A stretch of DNA of 64,000 bases from a virus. Lineage: Duplodnaviria > Caudoviricetes. How positions within the stretch are numbered: position 1 is the first letter of the stretch; the number at the start of each line of letters is the position of its first letter. The notes beneath the pieces are model-generated. The model saw only the letters and a program-made list of their open reading frames with translations. It made no database searches and was not told the origin of the DNA. Below are positions 48,436 through 56,953 of this stretch, in pieces. The stretch spans positions 1 through 64,000 of the IMG/VR virus record IMGVR_UViG_3300020718_000278; one strand, 5' to 3'. The position numbers were made by a program, and so were the translations under genes.

Positions 48436-49033
48436 TAAGATGAACCCAATTATTAAAGGCCATATTAAGATTACCGATCGCAACACAGGTGAGGTGTTGG
48501 TTGATAAAGATAATCAAGTTAATTACGAAAATATTAGTATTGCCATGGCCAATACACTGGCAGATCAAGGGCGGGGCTGGATTTATACCATGGCTTTTGG
48601 TAACGGTGGGTCAGCCGTGGATCTTACGGGAGTTATTACATATTTACCACCCAATGTGAATGGACAAAATGCCAGTTTATACAATGAAACTTATGCGCAA
48701 GTAGTAGATCAAAATTCTGCTAGTAATTTGGACCCAATAAACAATAATATGACTATTTTGCACACGCCGGGAAATCCATACACAGATATTTTAGTAACTT
48801 GTTTGCTTGATTATGGTCAACCCCCGGGGCAACAAGCGTTTGATAATAGCACAAATTTTAACGGGGATTATGTATTTGATGAATTAGGACTGCAGTGCTG
48901 GGGCGGTTCTGCTACAGATTTGTTCTTAATCACCCATGTCATATTCCATCCGGTCCAGAAAAGTTTGAACCGTCAAATTCAAATTGACTACACTTTGCGG
49001 ATACAAACTTTGACAAATTTATCAGCGACTTAA
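48428..49033 (+). CDS. virion structural (baseplate/tail) protein
   Basis: GHIKITD...YENISIAMA...MAFGNGG...FDELGL...FHPVQKSLNRQIQIDYTLRIQ; start likely 48428 or 48440. Confidence 0.65.
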   Translation: MLDKMNPIIKGHIKITDRNTGEVLVDKDNQVNYENISIAMANTLADQGRGWIYTMAFGNGGSAVDLTGVITYLPPNVNGQNASLYNETYAQVVDQNSASNLDPINNNMTILHTPGNPYTDILVTCLLDYGQPPGQQAFDNSTNFNGDYVFDELGLQCWGGSATDLFLITHVIFHPVQKSLNRQIQIDYTLRIQTLTNLSAT

Positions 49034-49034
49034 A

Positions 49035-49247
49035 ATGATTTATATAGAACAAGTATCTTCGTTAGCATTACAGAACAAATACACAAAGTGGTATTGTTCT
49101 ATTGTATTACGAGCTCAACTAAGAGCATCAACACGAAAATCAGCTAAAGAAAATTACTCTTATTAAAAGGATTAAGAGTCCAACTTTCACATCATATCTT
49201 TATGTAGAACATACATAAATACGTGTATATTAAACAGCTATAAATAA
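49035..49247 (+). pseudogene. truncated HNH (Mob-like) homing endonuclease remnant
   Basis: Manual translation, not in track: MIYIEQVSSLALQNKYTKWYCSIVLRAQLRASTRKSAKE..., typical N-terminus of phage HNH endonucleases, with the HH/HNH core missing. Confidence 0.45.
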
Positions 49248-49265
49248 TATAAGGACAATGAACAC

Positions 49266-50465
49266 ATGAGTTATACTATAAACCTAACAAACGGTAACGT
49301 TTTTGCTACTATTCCAGACGGAACCATTAACCAAGCAAGCTCGCAAACGCTGATTGGTAGAAACTACGCTGGCTATGGTCAATTTTTAGATGATAATTTT
49401 ATTCATTTATTGGAAAGCGGAGCTAACAGCACGCCACCAGGAGCACCACTTGTTGGACAGCTTTGGTTTAATACAACAACAGCTATTCTTGAAGTTTTTA
49501 ATGGCACAGGATTTAAAGCTATTGGTGGATCTCAAGCTGCTACTACAGCTCCTACAAATAACGCTGTTGGTGATTTATGGTATAATACAACTCTCGCACA
49601 ATTAAATGTTTGGACAGGAACCCAATGGTTATTGGTTGGGCCTATTTACACTTCGGCGACAGGTATCACTGGCGCTATTCCCGCAATTATTATTGATAAT
49701 ACATCAGCAAGTCATATTGTTGTAGAATTATATGTAAACAATACCATTGTTGGTATTATTTCTGAAGATGCTGCTTTTACACCACAAACCCCAATTACAG
49801 GATTTACAACAGTTCGTCCGGGCATTACCCTTGCTACAATAACAGGAAGTCAAGTTCCTTTATTTCAAGGAACAGCCACTAATTCACAACTATTAAATGG
49901 TGTATCCGGAAATAGTTTCATGCGTACAGATGCTAATACATTTACTTCGGGCAGTATAGCGGTTAACTCTAGTGCGCTCGGTACAGCAATTATTAATTCT
50001 GCTGGAAATGCCGTAGGCAATATTGGCAGCGCATCTAGTTACTTTAATACCATATTTGCTCGTTCAACTTCGGCTCAGTATGCTGACGTAGCAGAACGTT
50101 TTGCGTCAGACACACAATATGCCGCTGGTACTGTAGTTGAATTAGGTGGTTCAGCCGAAATTACTATTTCTAATACAGAATTAAGTGAATCTGTATTTGG
50201 TGTTATAAGTACAAACGCTGCTTATTTAATGAACAGTGGCGCTGGTAACGATTCAACACATCCACCAGTTGCTATGACAGGTCGGGTACCAGTTCAAGTA
50301 ACAGGAGTTATCCACAAAGGTGATCGTTTAGTATCTGCCGGAAATGGTATGGCAAGAGCTGCTCAAGTAGGTGAAGCAACAGCATTCAATGTAATAGGTC
50401 GTAGTTTAGATGATAAATTAGATTTAGACTTAGGTGTCGTTGAAGCTATTGTTACGATAAAATAA
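49266..50465 (+). CDS. tail fibre/spike protein with C-terminal intramolecular chaperone-like domain
   Basis: N-terminal LIGRNYAGYGQFLDDNFIHLLE, GQLWFN/GDLWYN repeats; C-terminal YADVAERF...VFGVIST...PVAMTGRVPVQV. Confidence 0.7.
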   Translation: MSYTINLTNGNVFATIPDGTINQASSQTLIGRNYAGYGQFLDDNFIHLLESGANSTPPGAPLVGQLWFNTTTAILEVFNGTGFKAIGGSQAATTAPTNNAVGDLWYNTTLAQLNVWTGTQWLLVGPIYTSATGITGAIPAIIIDNTSASHIVVELYVNNTIVGIISEDAAFTPQTPITGFTTVRPGITLATITGSQVPLFQGTATNSQLLNGVSGNSFMRTDANTFTSGSIAVNSSALGTAIINSAGNAVGNIGSASSYFNTIFARSTSAQYADVAERFASDTQYAAGTVVELGGSAEITISNTELSESVFGVISTNAAYLMNSGAGNDSTHPPVAMTGRVPVQVTGVIHKGDRLVSAGNGMARAAQVGEATAFNVIGRSLDDKLDLDLGVVEAIVTIK

Positions 50466-50477
50466 TAGGAACTAGTA

Positions 50478-51431
50478 ATGACATATGTGTCAGGCGGATT
50501 AATCGAAGCCACAGATTATAATGGGTTTACAAGCACTACGGCAGGTGGAAATGTTAACTATGTTTGGAATACGCAATATGGTCAAACAGCACTTAGCACA
50601 GTATCCACGGGTGCTACAGTAACAGCCACACAATGGGCAACATTAAATACTACAGTCAGTTCTTTAGCCAGTCATCAAGGCACAACAATTACTTCCAGAA
50701 CTAATCCAGTGGCTGGCAATACTATTGCAGTCTTGTCAAACCTTGCTACCGATATAACAAGTTGCAACACTAATCAATATAATGCAGCTTCACTAGGAAC
50801 TCAGTATACAGGTTGGACTGGAACTGCCAGTAAAACCGCTGCTACCGGATCAGGAGCAGCAGCTTGGTCTATCACATTCACTGATACTATAACATTTGCT
50901 AACACAACAGCGGCAAGTAATTTTTTTAATGCAGGAGGATTAATTAAAATTCAATTTAGCAAAACATCAACCGGAACATCTGCTGATCCCGAATGGAATA
51001 ATTTTGTTAACAATGTGTGCGGAACAATTTATTTGTCCAGTACAGGAGCGAGCAAAACCATTGTTGGACAAGCCTATACTGGCACTACCAAAATTGGTGG
51101 TTCAGGTACTCCAACAACATTAGCTACCGGCACAGGATATGCTCAGTTAACATCAAGTCCGGTCACAATTTATAAACAATTTGATACTGGAACAGCATAT
51201 TCTAGCAATTATGTACAAGTCAATGCCAGCGTAAGCGGAGCGGTGTTAACTTTGACCATAGTTTGGTATGATAATGGCGATCCGTTTGGAGCCGACATTT
51301 CAGGCGGAACAGCAACAACAGGTATTACTTTTGGTACAGCACCAACAACCGTTGTTACATACTATTCACCAGAAACCACATATTTGACAAACACATGGGG
51401 CTCGCCAACAGTAGCTTCGGCAGTATCGTAA
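50478..51431 (+). CDS. Thr/Ser/Gly-rich virion structural protein
   Basis: Composition; FFNAGGLIKIQFS; last gene before the terminator. Confidence 0.65.
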   Translation: MTYVSGGLIEATDYNGFTSTTAGGNVNYVWNTQYGQTALSTVSTGATVTATQWATLNTTVSSLASHQGTTITSRTNPVAGNTIAVLSNLATDITSCNTNQYNAASLGTQYTGWTGTASKTAATGSGAAAWSITFTDTITFANTTAASNFFNAGGLIKIQFSKTSTGTSADPEWNNFVNNVCGTIYLSSTGASKTIVGQAYTGTTKIGGSGTPTTLATGTGYAQLTSSPVTIYKQFDTGTAYSSNYVQVNASVSGAVLTLTIVWYDNGDPFGADISGGTATTGITFGTAPTTVVTYYSPETTYLTNTWGSPTVASAVS

Positions 51432-51461
51432 TGTTCGCCTAACGGCACTTTTAGTATTACC

Positions 51462-51489
51462 AAAGGGGCTTCTTGCCCCTTTACTTTTT
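51462..51489 (+). terminator. intrinsic terminator ending the structural operon
   Basis: AAAGGGGC-TTCTT-GCCCCTTT followed by ACTTTTT. Confidence 0.85.
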
Positions 51490-51508
51490 CCCTCAGATGT
51501 AGTATAAT
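51480..51508 (+). promoter_or_regulatory. sigma70 promoter TTTACT-17-TATAAT for the modification cluster
   Basis: -35 at 51480-85, -10 at 51503-08; ATG at 51515. Confidence 0.7.
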
Positions 51509-51514
51509 AATGGT

Positions 51515-51829
51515 ATGGATACTGACAAATTAATTGCCCATAGTCGCAGTCGTTTTGACCATGCGGCAGCCAAGCGCACACTTAAAGAAAAATATCAAGG
51601 TAAATTGGTATTTGCTCACAACGGCGGAATGTTTAAAGCAGAGCCTAATCTTATTGTATTTTTAGAATCTTGTTGGGGACAAGGACAGATAGACCCAGTA
51701 ATAATTGACTTGTACGGGAATCCAGTAAAAGTTCATAGCACTAATTTATTAAACGAGGCTAGGAAAATTTATAAAGAACAAACAACTGCTTGGTTGAAAG
51801 AATACGAAGACCTTAACAAAAACAGATGA
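51515..51829 (+). CDS. hypothetical protein, 104 aa
   Basis: First ORF after the promoter; ATGA overlap with the next gene. Confidence 0.7.
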   Translation: MDTDKLIAHSRSRFDHAAAKRTLKEKYQGKLVFAHNGGMFKAEPNLIVFLESCWGQGQIDPVIIDLYGNPVKVHSTNLLNEARKIYKEQTTAWLKEYEDLNKNR

Positions 51830-52626
51830 CAGCCGGTGTACTAATCTTTGCTTTTAATAATGAACATATAGATTATCTAGCCATGGCTAATTGGTCAGCA
51901 AAAAATATTCGCAGACATTTAAATTTGCCAGTAGCTGTAGTCACTAATACTACCATTCCTTCTAATTACTTTTTTGAACAATCTATTATTGCTGAGCCCG
52001 AGGGCGAATATTTTAGAAAATTTGCTGACCAAGAAGAAAATGTAACATGGTATAATGGTAATCGTGTTGACGCATACAATTTATCCCCGTGGGCGCACAC
52101 ATTGTTATTAGACGCAGATTATGTGGTAGCTAGTAGTGAATTAAAAAAAATATTAGATATTAGAAAAAATTTTGTAGCACATAAAACAGCTTATGATATA
52201 GTCGACCAAGATAACTTTGACGAGCTTAATAATTTTGGAAGTTTTAATATGCCAATGTGGTGGGCAACTGTAATAATGTTTAGGCGTTCAACCGAAGCAC
52301 AAATGATTTTTGAATCAATGGCAATGATAAAAAATCATTGGAAACATTATAGGAATTTATATAAAATTTTAAACTCAACTTATCGTAATGATTTTGCGCT
52401 AAGTATAGCATTAGGTATTGTTAATGGGCATACACTTGATTATACAGAAATTCCATGGTCCTTGGCTTCATTGACTCCAGCGCATAAATTAACGCAAATA
52501 GCAGAAGACCAATATCGTATAGATTTTTTAACACAGGATAATAAACCTCGATACATTACTATTAATCAAGATTTTCATGCTATGGGTAAAAAACATTTGG
52601 GAGATATCATTGCCAAATCAAGCTGA
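51826..52626 (+). CDS. GT-A fold glycosyltransferase-like protein
   Basis: LLLDADY (DxD), YRNDFALSIAL, C-terminal HAMGK. Confidence 0.6.
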   Translation: MTAGVLIFAFNNEHIDYLAMANWSAKNIRRHLNLPVAVVTNTTIPSNYFFEQSIIAEPEGEYFRKFADQEENVTWYNGNRVDAYNLSPWAHTLLLDADYVVASSELKKILDIRKNFVAHKTAYDIVDQDNFDELNNFGSFNMPMWWATVIMFRRSTEAQMIFESMAMIKNHWKHYRNLYKILNSTYRNDFALSIALGIVNGHTLDYTEIPWSLASLTPAHKLTQIAEDQYRIDFLTQDNKPRYITINQDFHAMGKKHLGDIIAKSS

Positions 52627-53341
52627 AAAAGGATATTTAATACCGGCGATAGGAGAGGTTTACGTTAAGTGCGCTAAACAATTAGCTAATAGCATATTAC
52701 AATGGCATCCAAATGCTGATATAACTATTTTAACAGAAGACATGTTACCCTATGGAAAATTTACTGGATTTGCTAATGACTGGCAATGCTATGAAGCAAG
52801 TCCGTATGAAAAAACTATAAAATTAGAAGCAGATATGTGGTGCGCCAGCCCAGTTGATCATTGGTGGGACTTGTTTTCTAATCGTGATGTGGTTATTAGC
52901 CAAGGATGTAGAAATTTTTATAATGAACCTGGTAAATCAAGAATATATCGTAAAATATTTGATAACAATAATTTACCAGATGTTTATAATGGCATCACCT
53001 ATTGGCAGGTAAGTAATACAGCCGAAGAATTTTTTAAATTAGTTCGTGATATTTTTGAAAATTGGGAAAAATATAAAACTTTGTTAAAATTTCCCGATGA
53101 AATACCTACAACTGATGTTGTATATGGAGTGGCAGCAGTTATTATGGAAGTTGAAAACGTGACTCTACCCGCGGGTATGGGACCAACTATGGTACATATG
53201 AAGAAAAATATGATACCTATTACAACAGAAAAATGGACCAATGAGTTGATATTTGAACAGACAAATCCTGGTGTTAGAATTAACACAGTAGCACAATGGG
53301 GATTAGTGCATTATCATGTGAAGGAAATAGAGAATGAGTAA
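52610..53341 (+). CDS. GT-A fold glycosyltransferase-like protein, paralog of the previous gene
   Basis: TIKLEADM, LPDVYNGITY, TTDVVYG, MVHMK; probable TTG start at 52610 with GGAGA SD. Confidence 0.55.
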   Translation: MPNQAEKGYLIPAIGEVYVKCAKQLANSILQWHPNADITILTEDMLPYGKFTGFANDWQCYEASPYEKTIKLEADMWCASPVDHWWDLFSNRDVVISQGCRNFYNEPGKSRIYRKIFDNNNLPDVYNGITYWQVSNTAEEFFKLVRDIFENWEKYKTLLKFPDEIPTTDVVYGVAAVIMEVENVTLPAGMGPTMVHMKKNMIPITTEKWTNELIFEQTNPGVRINTVAQWGLVHYHVKEIENE

Positions 53342-53579
53342 AGACATAGATAAAATTAAACATAGCAAACGTTTGCATCATGATAATACGGCTATTGCCA
53401 AACAAAAAGCTATAGCAAAAACTCATAATATTCCAACAGGGCCCGAGCATCGCCTAGCAAAAGTTCATGCTACTACCTGTGGTGACTCTAATTGTGTTAT
53501 GTGCGGAAATCCACGTAAATTTTTTAAAGAAAAAACAATACAAGAAAAACGAGCCGAGCAAAGAGCAAAAGATGAATGA
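53334..53579 (+). CDS. small basic Cys/His protein, 81 aa
   Basis: HATTCGDSNCVMCGNPRK; AAGGA SD; overlaps both neighbours. Confidence 0.7.
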   Translation: MSKDIDKIKHSKRLHHDNTAIAKQKAIAKTHNIPTGPEHRLAKVHATTCGDSNCVMCGNPRKFFKEKTIQEKRAEQRAKDE

Positions 53580-53889
53580 AAAAGAATTTTGGGCGGCATT
53601 AAAACCCGTAGAATCTAAACCATTATTATATAGGTTGTATTACAATGACGCCGGTAACCCATTATATTTTAGCCAAGAAGATTTACCAGGTAATTATATA
53701 GATGTTGATTATAAAACATACATCAACCCACCAAAGTATATACGTGTGGTGGATAAAAAATTAGTAATACTTGAGGATACCGCAGTAACAAAATTATATC
53801 CAGGAAAATCTGGAACTTGTTGCCATCCGCAAGATATCACTATAATAGTTGATGAGTCAACTCAACATATCAAATGGAGTTTAAAATGA
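53572..53889 (+). CDS. hypothetical protein
   Basis: Likely start 53572 (MNEKEFW...LYRLYYNDAG...); coupled overlaps. Confidence 0.6.
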   Translation: MNEKEFWAALKPVESKPLLYRLYYNDAGNPLYFSQEDLPGNYIDVDYKTYINPPKYIRVVDKKLVILEDTAVTKLYPGKSGTCCHPQDITIIVDESTQHIKWSLK

Positions 53890-54815
53890 AAAGTATTGAT
53901 GTAGCAGATTTAGATTGTATCTATTTATCATATGACGAACCACAAAAAGAAGAATTTTGGGTCAAAATTAAAAATATGGTACCTTGGGCCAAACGAGTTG
54001 ATGGAGTAAAAGGTTCAGATGCCGCACATAAAGCTGCTGCCGCGGCCAGCGAAACAGAAAGATTTATTTTAATTGATGGTGATAATTTACCTAACGATGA
54101 GTTTTTTGATTTAATAATTGAATTTCCCGACGACACTTATGAGCAAGCAGTTTATCGCTGGAGAGCTCGTAATCATATTAATGGATTATTGTACGGTAAC
54201 GGCGGCATAAGTTCTTGGACTAGGACATTTGTTAATAACATGAAAACTCATGAAAATACCGATGGACGAGCGGAAACTGAAGTAGAATTTTGTTTTGATC
54301 CACTATACTGGGCCATGAATGATTGTTATAGTGTAACCTACCCTAACGCATCTCCATTTCAAGCATGGCGAGCAGGATTTAGAGAAGGTGTGAAAATGTG
54401 TTTAGACCGCGGAATAAAACCAAACATAACGGAATTTAAAAATAAAGTACATCATCGCAATCTAGATAATTTAACCGTATGGCATAATATAGGAAGAGAT
54501 GTTGAAAATGGTATATGGGCAATATTGGGCGCTCGTATGGGTACTTATATGCTCATGATTACACCTTCGTGGGATTATCGAGAGGTACAAAATTTTGATT
54601 CGCTTAAAAGCATTTACAGTACAATAGATGGACATAATCCAGAAATTATTTCTGCTAAAATATCTGGAGAATTATCCAAACAATTAGATTTACCAATGGC
54701 TATGCTTGACGAAACTGCCAGCAAATTTTTTAAACATCACTATCGAAGCGAACAACGTAATAAAGGAATTATGATTCGTGAAATTGATGTCATTAGACAA
54801 CAAGAGGGCTGGTAA
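53886..54815 (+). CDS. glycosyltransferase-like protein (GT-A, family 2-like)
   Basis: IYLSYDEP...RVDGVKGSDAAHKAAA...FILIDGDN; AWRAGFREGVK. Confidence 0.6.
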   Translation: MKSIDVADLDCIYLSYDEPQKEEFWVKIKNMVPWAKRVDGVKGSDAAHKAAAAASETERFILIDGDNLPNDEFFDLIIEFPDDTYEQAVYRWRARNHINGLLYGNGGISSWTRTFVNNMKTHENTDGRAETEVEFCFDPLYWAMNDCYSVTYPNASPFQAWRAGFREGVKMCLDRGIKPNITEFKNKVHHRNLDNLTVWHNIGRDVENGIWAILGARMGTYMLMITPSWDYREVQNFDSLKSIYSTIDGHNPEIISAKISGELSKQLDLPMAMLDETASKFFKHHYRSEQRNKGIMIREIDVIRQQEGW

Positions 54816-55357
54816 TGTTTGATAAAGATTCATTTTCAAATGGACAAATTGACAGCAAACTATGGTTATGTCGCGAGTTAGAAGCACTTAACTGGTCTAG
54901 CGACTATACCCATATATACGGCGGCTGGTATGGAATACTTGCTTTTTTATTGCTTAGTCGTGAGAAGTTTAAAGTAGGACGTATTGAAAGTTTTGATATA
55001 GATCCTCACTGTGAATCTATTGCGGACATGATTAATGAAAATTGGGTTATCAAAGAATGGAAATTTAAAGCCTTTACATTGGATTGTAATCAAAGCATAC
55101 GGGGTAATCCTGACTTAATTATTAATACAAGCAGCGAACATTTTGAAAATATGGAATGGTTTAACAACATTAAATCAGGAACTCGTGTTATTATACAAGG
55201 TAATAATATGCCACACGATGATCATTATGTACATTCTTCTACTCTAAAGGATTTTATAACACATTATCCGTTAACTAATATTGTTTATCAAGGAGAATTA
55301 AAGTTTGTCTATCCAGAATGGAAATTTACTAGGTACATGATAATTGGAATCAAATAA
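54815..55357 (+). CDS. class I SAM-dependent methyltransferase
   Basis: Motif I variant IYGGWYG, acidic SFDID, LIINTSSEH. Confidence 0.7.
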   Translation: MFDKDSFSNGQIDSKLWLCRELEALNWSSDYTHIYGGWYGILAFLLLSREKFKVGRIESFDIDPHCESIADMINENWVIKEWKFKAFTLDCNQSIRGNPDLIINTSSEHFENMEWFNNIKSGTRVIIQGNNMPHDDHYVHSSTLKDFITHYPLTNIVYQGELKFVYPEWKFTRYMIIGIK

Positions 55358-55997
55358 AATACGCGGGTCTAATTCAACCCACGGTCAAGATCTTTGGGTT
55401 TTAGCTACTACTAATTTTCGAAAGAATGGGTACTATGTTGAAATGGGTGCTATAGACGGAGTTTTTCAAAGTAATACTTACATACTTGAAAAAGACTACG
55501 GGTGGCAAGGCATATTAGTTGAGCCTGACAAACGTTTTTCTTCTGTACTAGAGAAAAATAGACCAAATAGTAAAATTGATTATAGTTGTGTTTGGTCAAC
55601 TACTGGAAAAATTAAAACTTTTTATCAGTCAAATACAATGATTGACGCCAGAAGCACAATTGAAGAATTTGCTGAAGTAGGATCTGCTAATCGAACAAAT
55701 TGGAATAAATATACAGTTAACACTATTAGTTTAATAGATTTGTTACATCGATATAATGCGCCAAATTATATCGATTATCTTAGTTTAGATGTTGAAGGTA
55801 GCGAATTAACAATACTTAAAGGATTTGATTTTAATCAATACGAATTTGGTTGTATCACTATTGAGCACAATCGTCGATCTGATTATCGCGACGAAATTAA
55901 ATTATTTTTGAATTCAAAAAATTATTATACACCGGCAAATTGTGAAAATTTGTTTTTGTGGGATGATTGTTATGTGTTAAATAAAGGATCCGTATGA
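55344..55997 (+). CDS. FkbM-family methyltransferase
   Basis: YYVEMGAIDG...SNT...GILVEP...IDYLSLDVEGSEL...ITIEHN. Confidence 0.88.
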   Translation: MESNKIRGSNSTHGQDLWVLATTNFRKNGYYVEMGAIDGVFQSNTYILEKDYGWQGILVEPDKRFSSVLEKNRPNSKIDYSCVWSTTGKIKTFYQSNTMIDARSTIEEFAEVGSANRTNWNKYTVNTISLIDLLHRYNAPNYIDYLSLDVEGSELTILKGFDFNQYEFGCITIEHNRRSDYRDEIKLFLNSKNYYTPANCENLFLWDDCYVLNKGSV

Positions 55998-56953
55998 AGA
56001 AAAAATATTATAAATTAGTTCACGCTAAAGAAACAAACACTGATTGGTTTGTAGTTAATTGGTGTCTGGGTAATACTTGTAATTTTAGTTGCAGTTATTG
56101 TCCAGACAATCTGCACAACGGAACCAATCCTTGGCCAACCCCGGACACTATTAAAAATTTTATAAACAAAGTTAAAGAGACACACCCCGACAAAAAATTA
56201 TATTTTGAATTCACTGGCGGCGAAGTTACATTGTATAAACATTTCATTGAAATTTGTCAATATTGTACAGAACAAGGTGTTAAAGTAGGTTTAATTTCTA
56301 ATGGATCTAGAACATTGCGTTATTGGAAAGAAAATAAACAATATTTTGACCATGTATGTTTAAGTTTTCATCCAGAGTTTGGCGATGCTGACCACTTTAT
56401 CGAAGTTGTTAAGGAATTAAACAACGATGTAAGAACTCATGTTAATATTATGATGAGTCCTGAAAAATTTGATTATTGTTTTGATATAGCTAATAAAGTA
56501 AAAGACCTTGGTAATATATCAATGGCTTTGCAACCTTTAATACACGACTTTGGCGAAGTATTATACGATTATACACCTGAACAAAAACAAATTATCGATA
56601 ATCAACACGAATTAATTAGTAAACATATAAAATTTACTAAAACATTTGAATATTATAGAGGTGCTATGAAAATGCTATATCCTAACGGTCAATCGTTAGT
56701 GGTAAGTGCGCATCGTTTTATAAATGAAAAAGCAAATGACTGGTCAGGTTGGGATTGTTATGCTGGTGTCGAACAACTAATTGTAGATCAGCGCGGAATG
56801 ATTTCTCGAGGATGGTGTTTAGAAGGCGGTATTATTGGCAGTATATTTGATGAAAATTTAAATTTGCCCGTTGATCCAATACGTTGTACAAAAACAATGT
56901 GTCATTGTAATTTTGACATTATGAGTACTAAGGAATATCCCAATAATGGATGA
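55994..56953 (+). CDS. radical SAM enzyme with C-terminal twitch/SPASM-like domain
   Basis: CNFSCSYC, FTGGEV, SNG; C-terminal WDCYAG...GWC...CTKTMCHC. Confidence 0.92.
   Translation: MKKKYYKLVHAKETNTDWFVVNWCLGNTCNFSCSYCPDNLHNGTNPWPTPDTIKNFINKVKETHPDKKLYFEFTGGEVTLYKHFIEICQYCTEQGVKVGLISNGSRTLRYWKENKQYFDHVCLSFHPEFGDADHFIEVVKELNNDVRTHVNIMMSPEKFDYCFDIANKVKDLGNISMALQPLIHDFGEVLYDYTPEQKQIIDNQHELISKHIKFTKTFEYYRGAMKMLYPNGQSLVVSAHRFINEKANDWSGWDCYAGVEQLIVDQRGMISRGWCLEGGIIGSIFDENLNLPVDPIRCTKTMCHCNFDIMSTKEYPNNG

Noticed and set aside
47607-48440. Group I intron carrying the endonuclease and joining the mini ORF to the downstream gene
   Set aside because: The endonuclease abuts both neighbours, leaving no room for a ribozyme core, and the flanks duplicate rather than complement each other.
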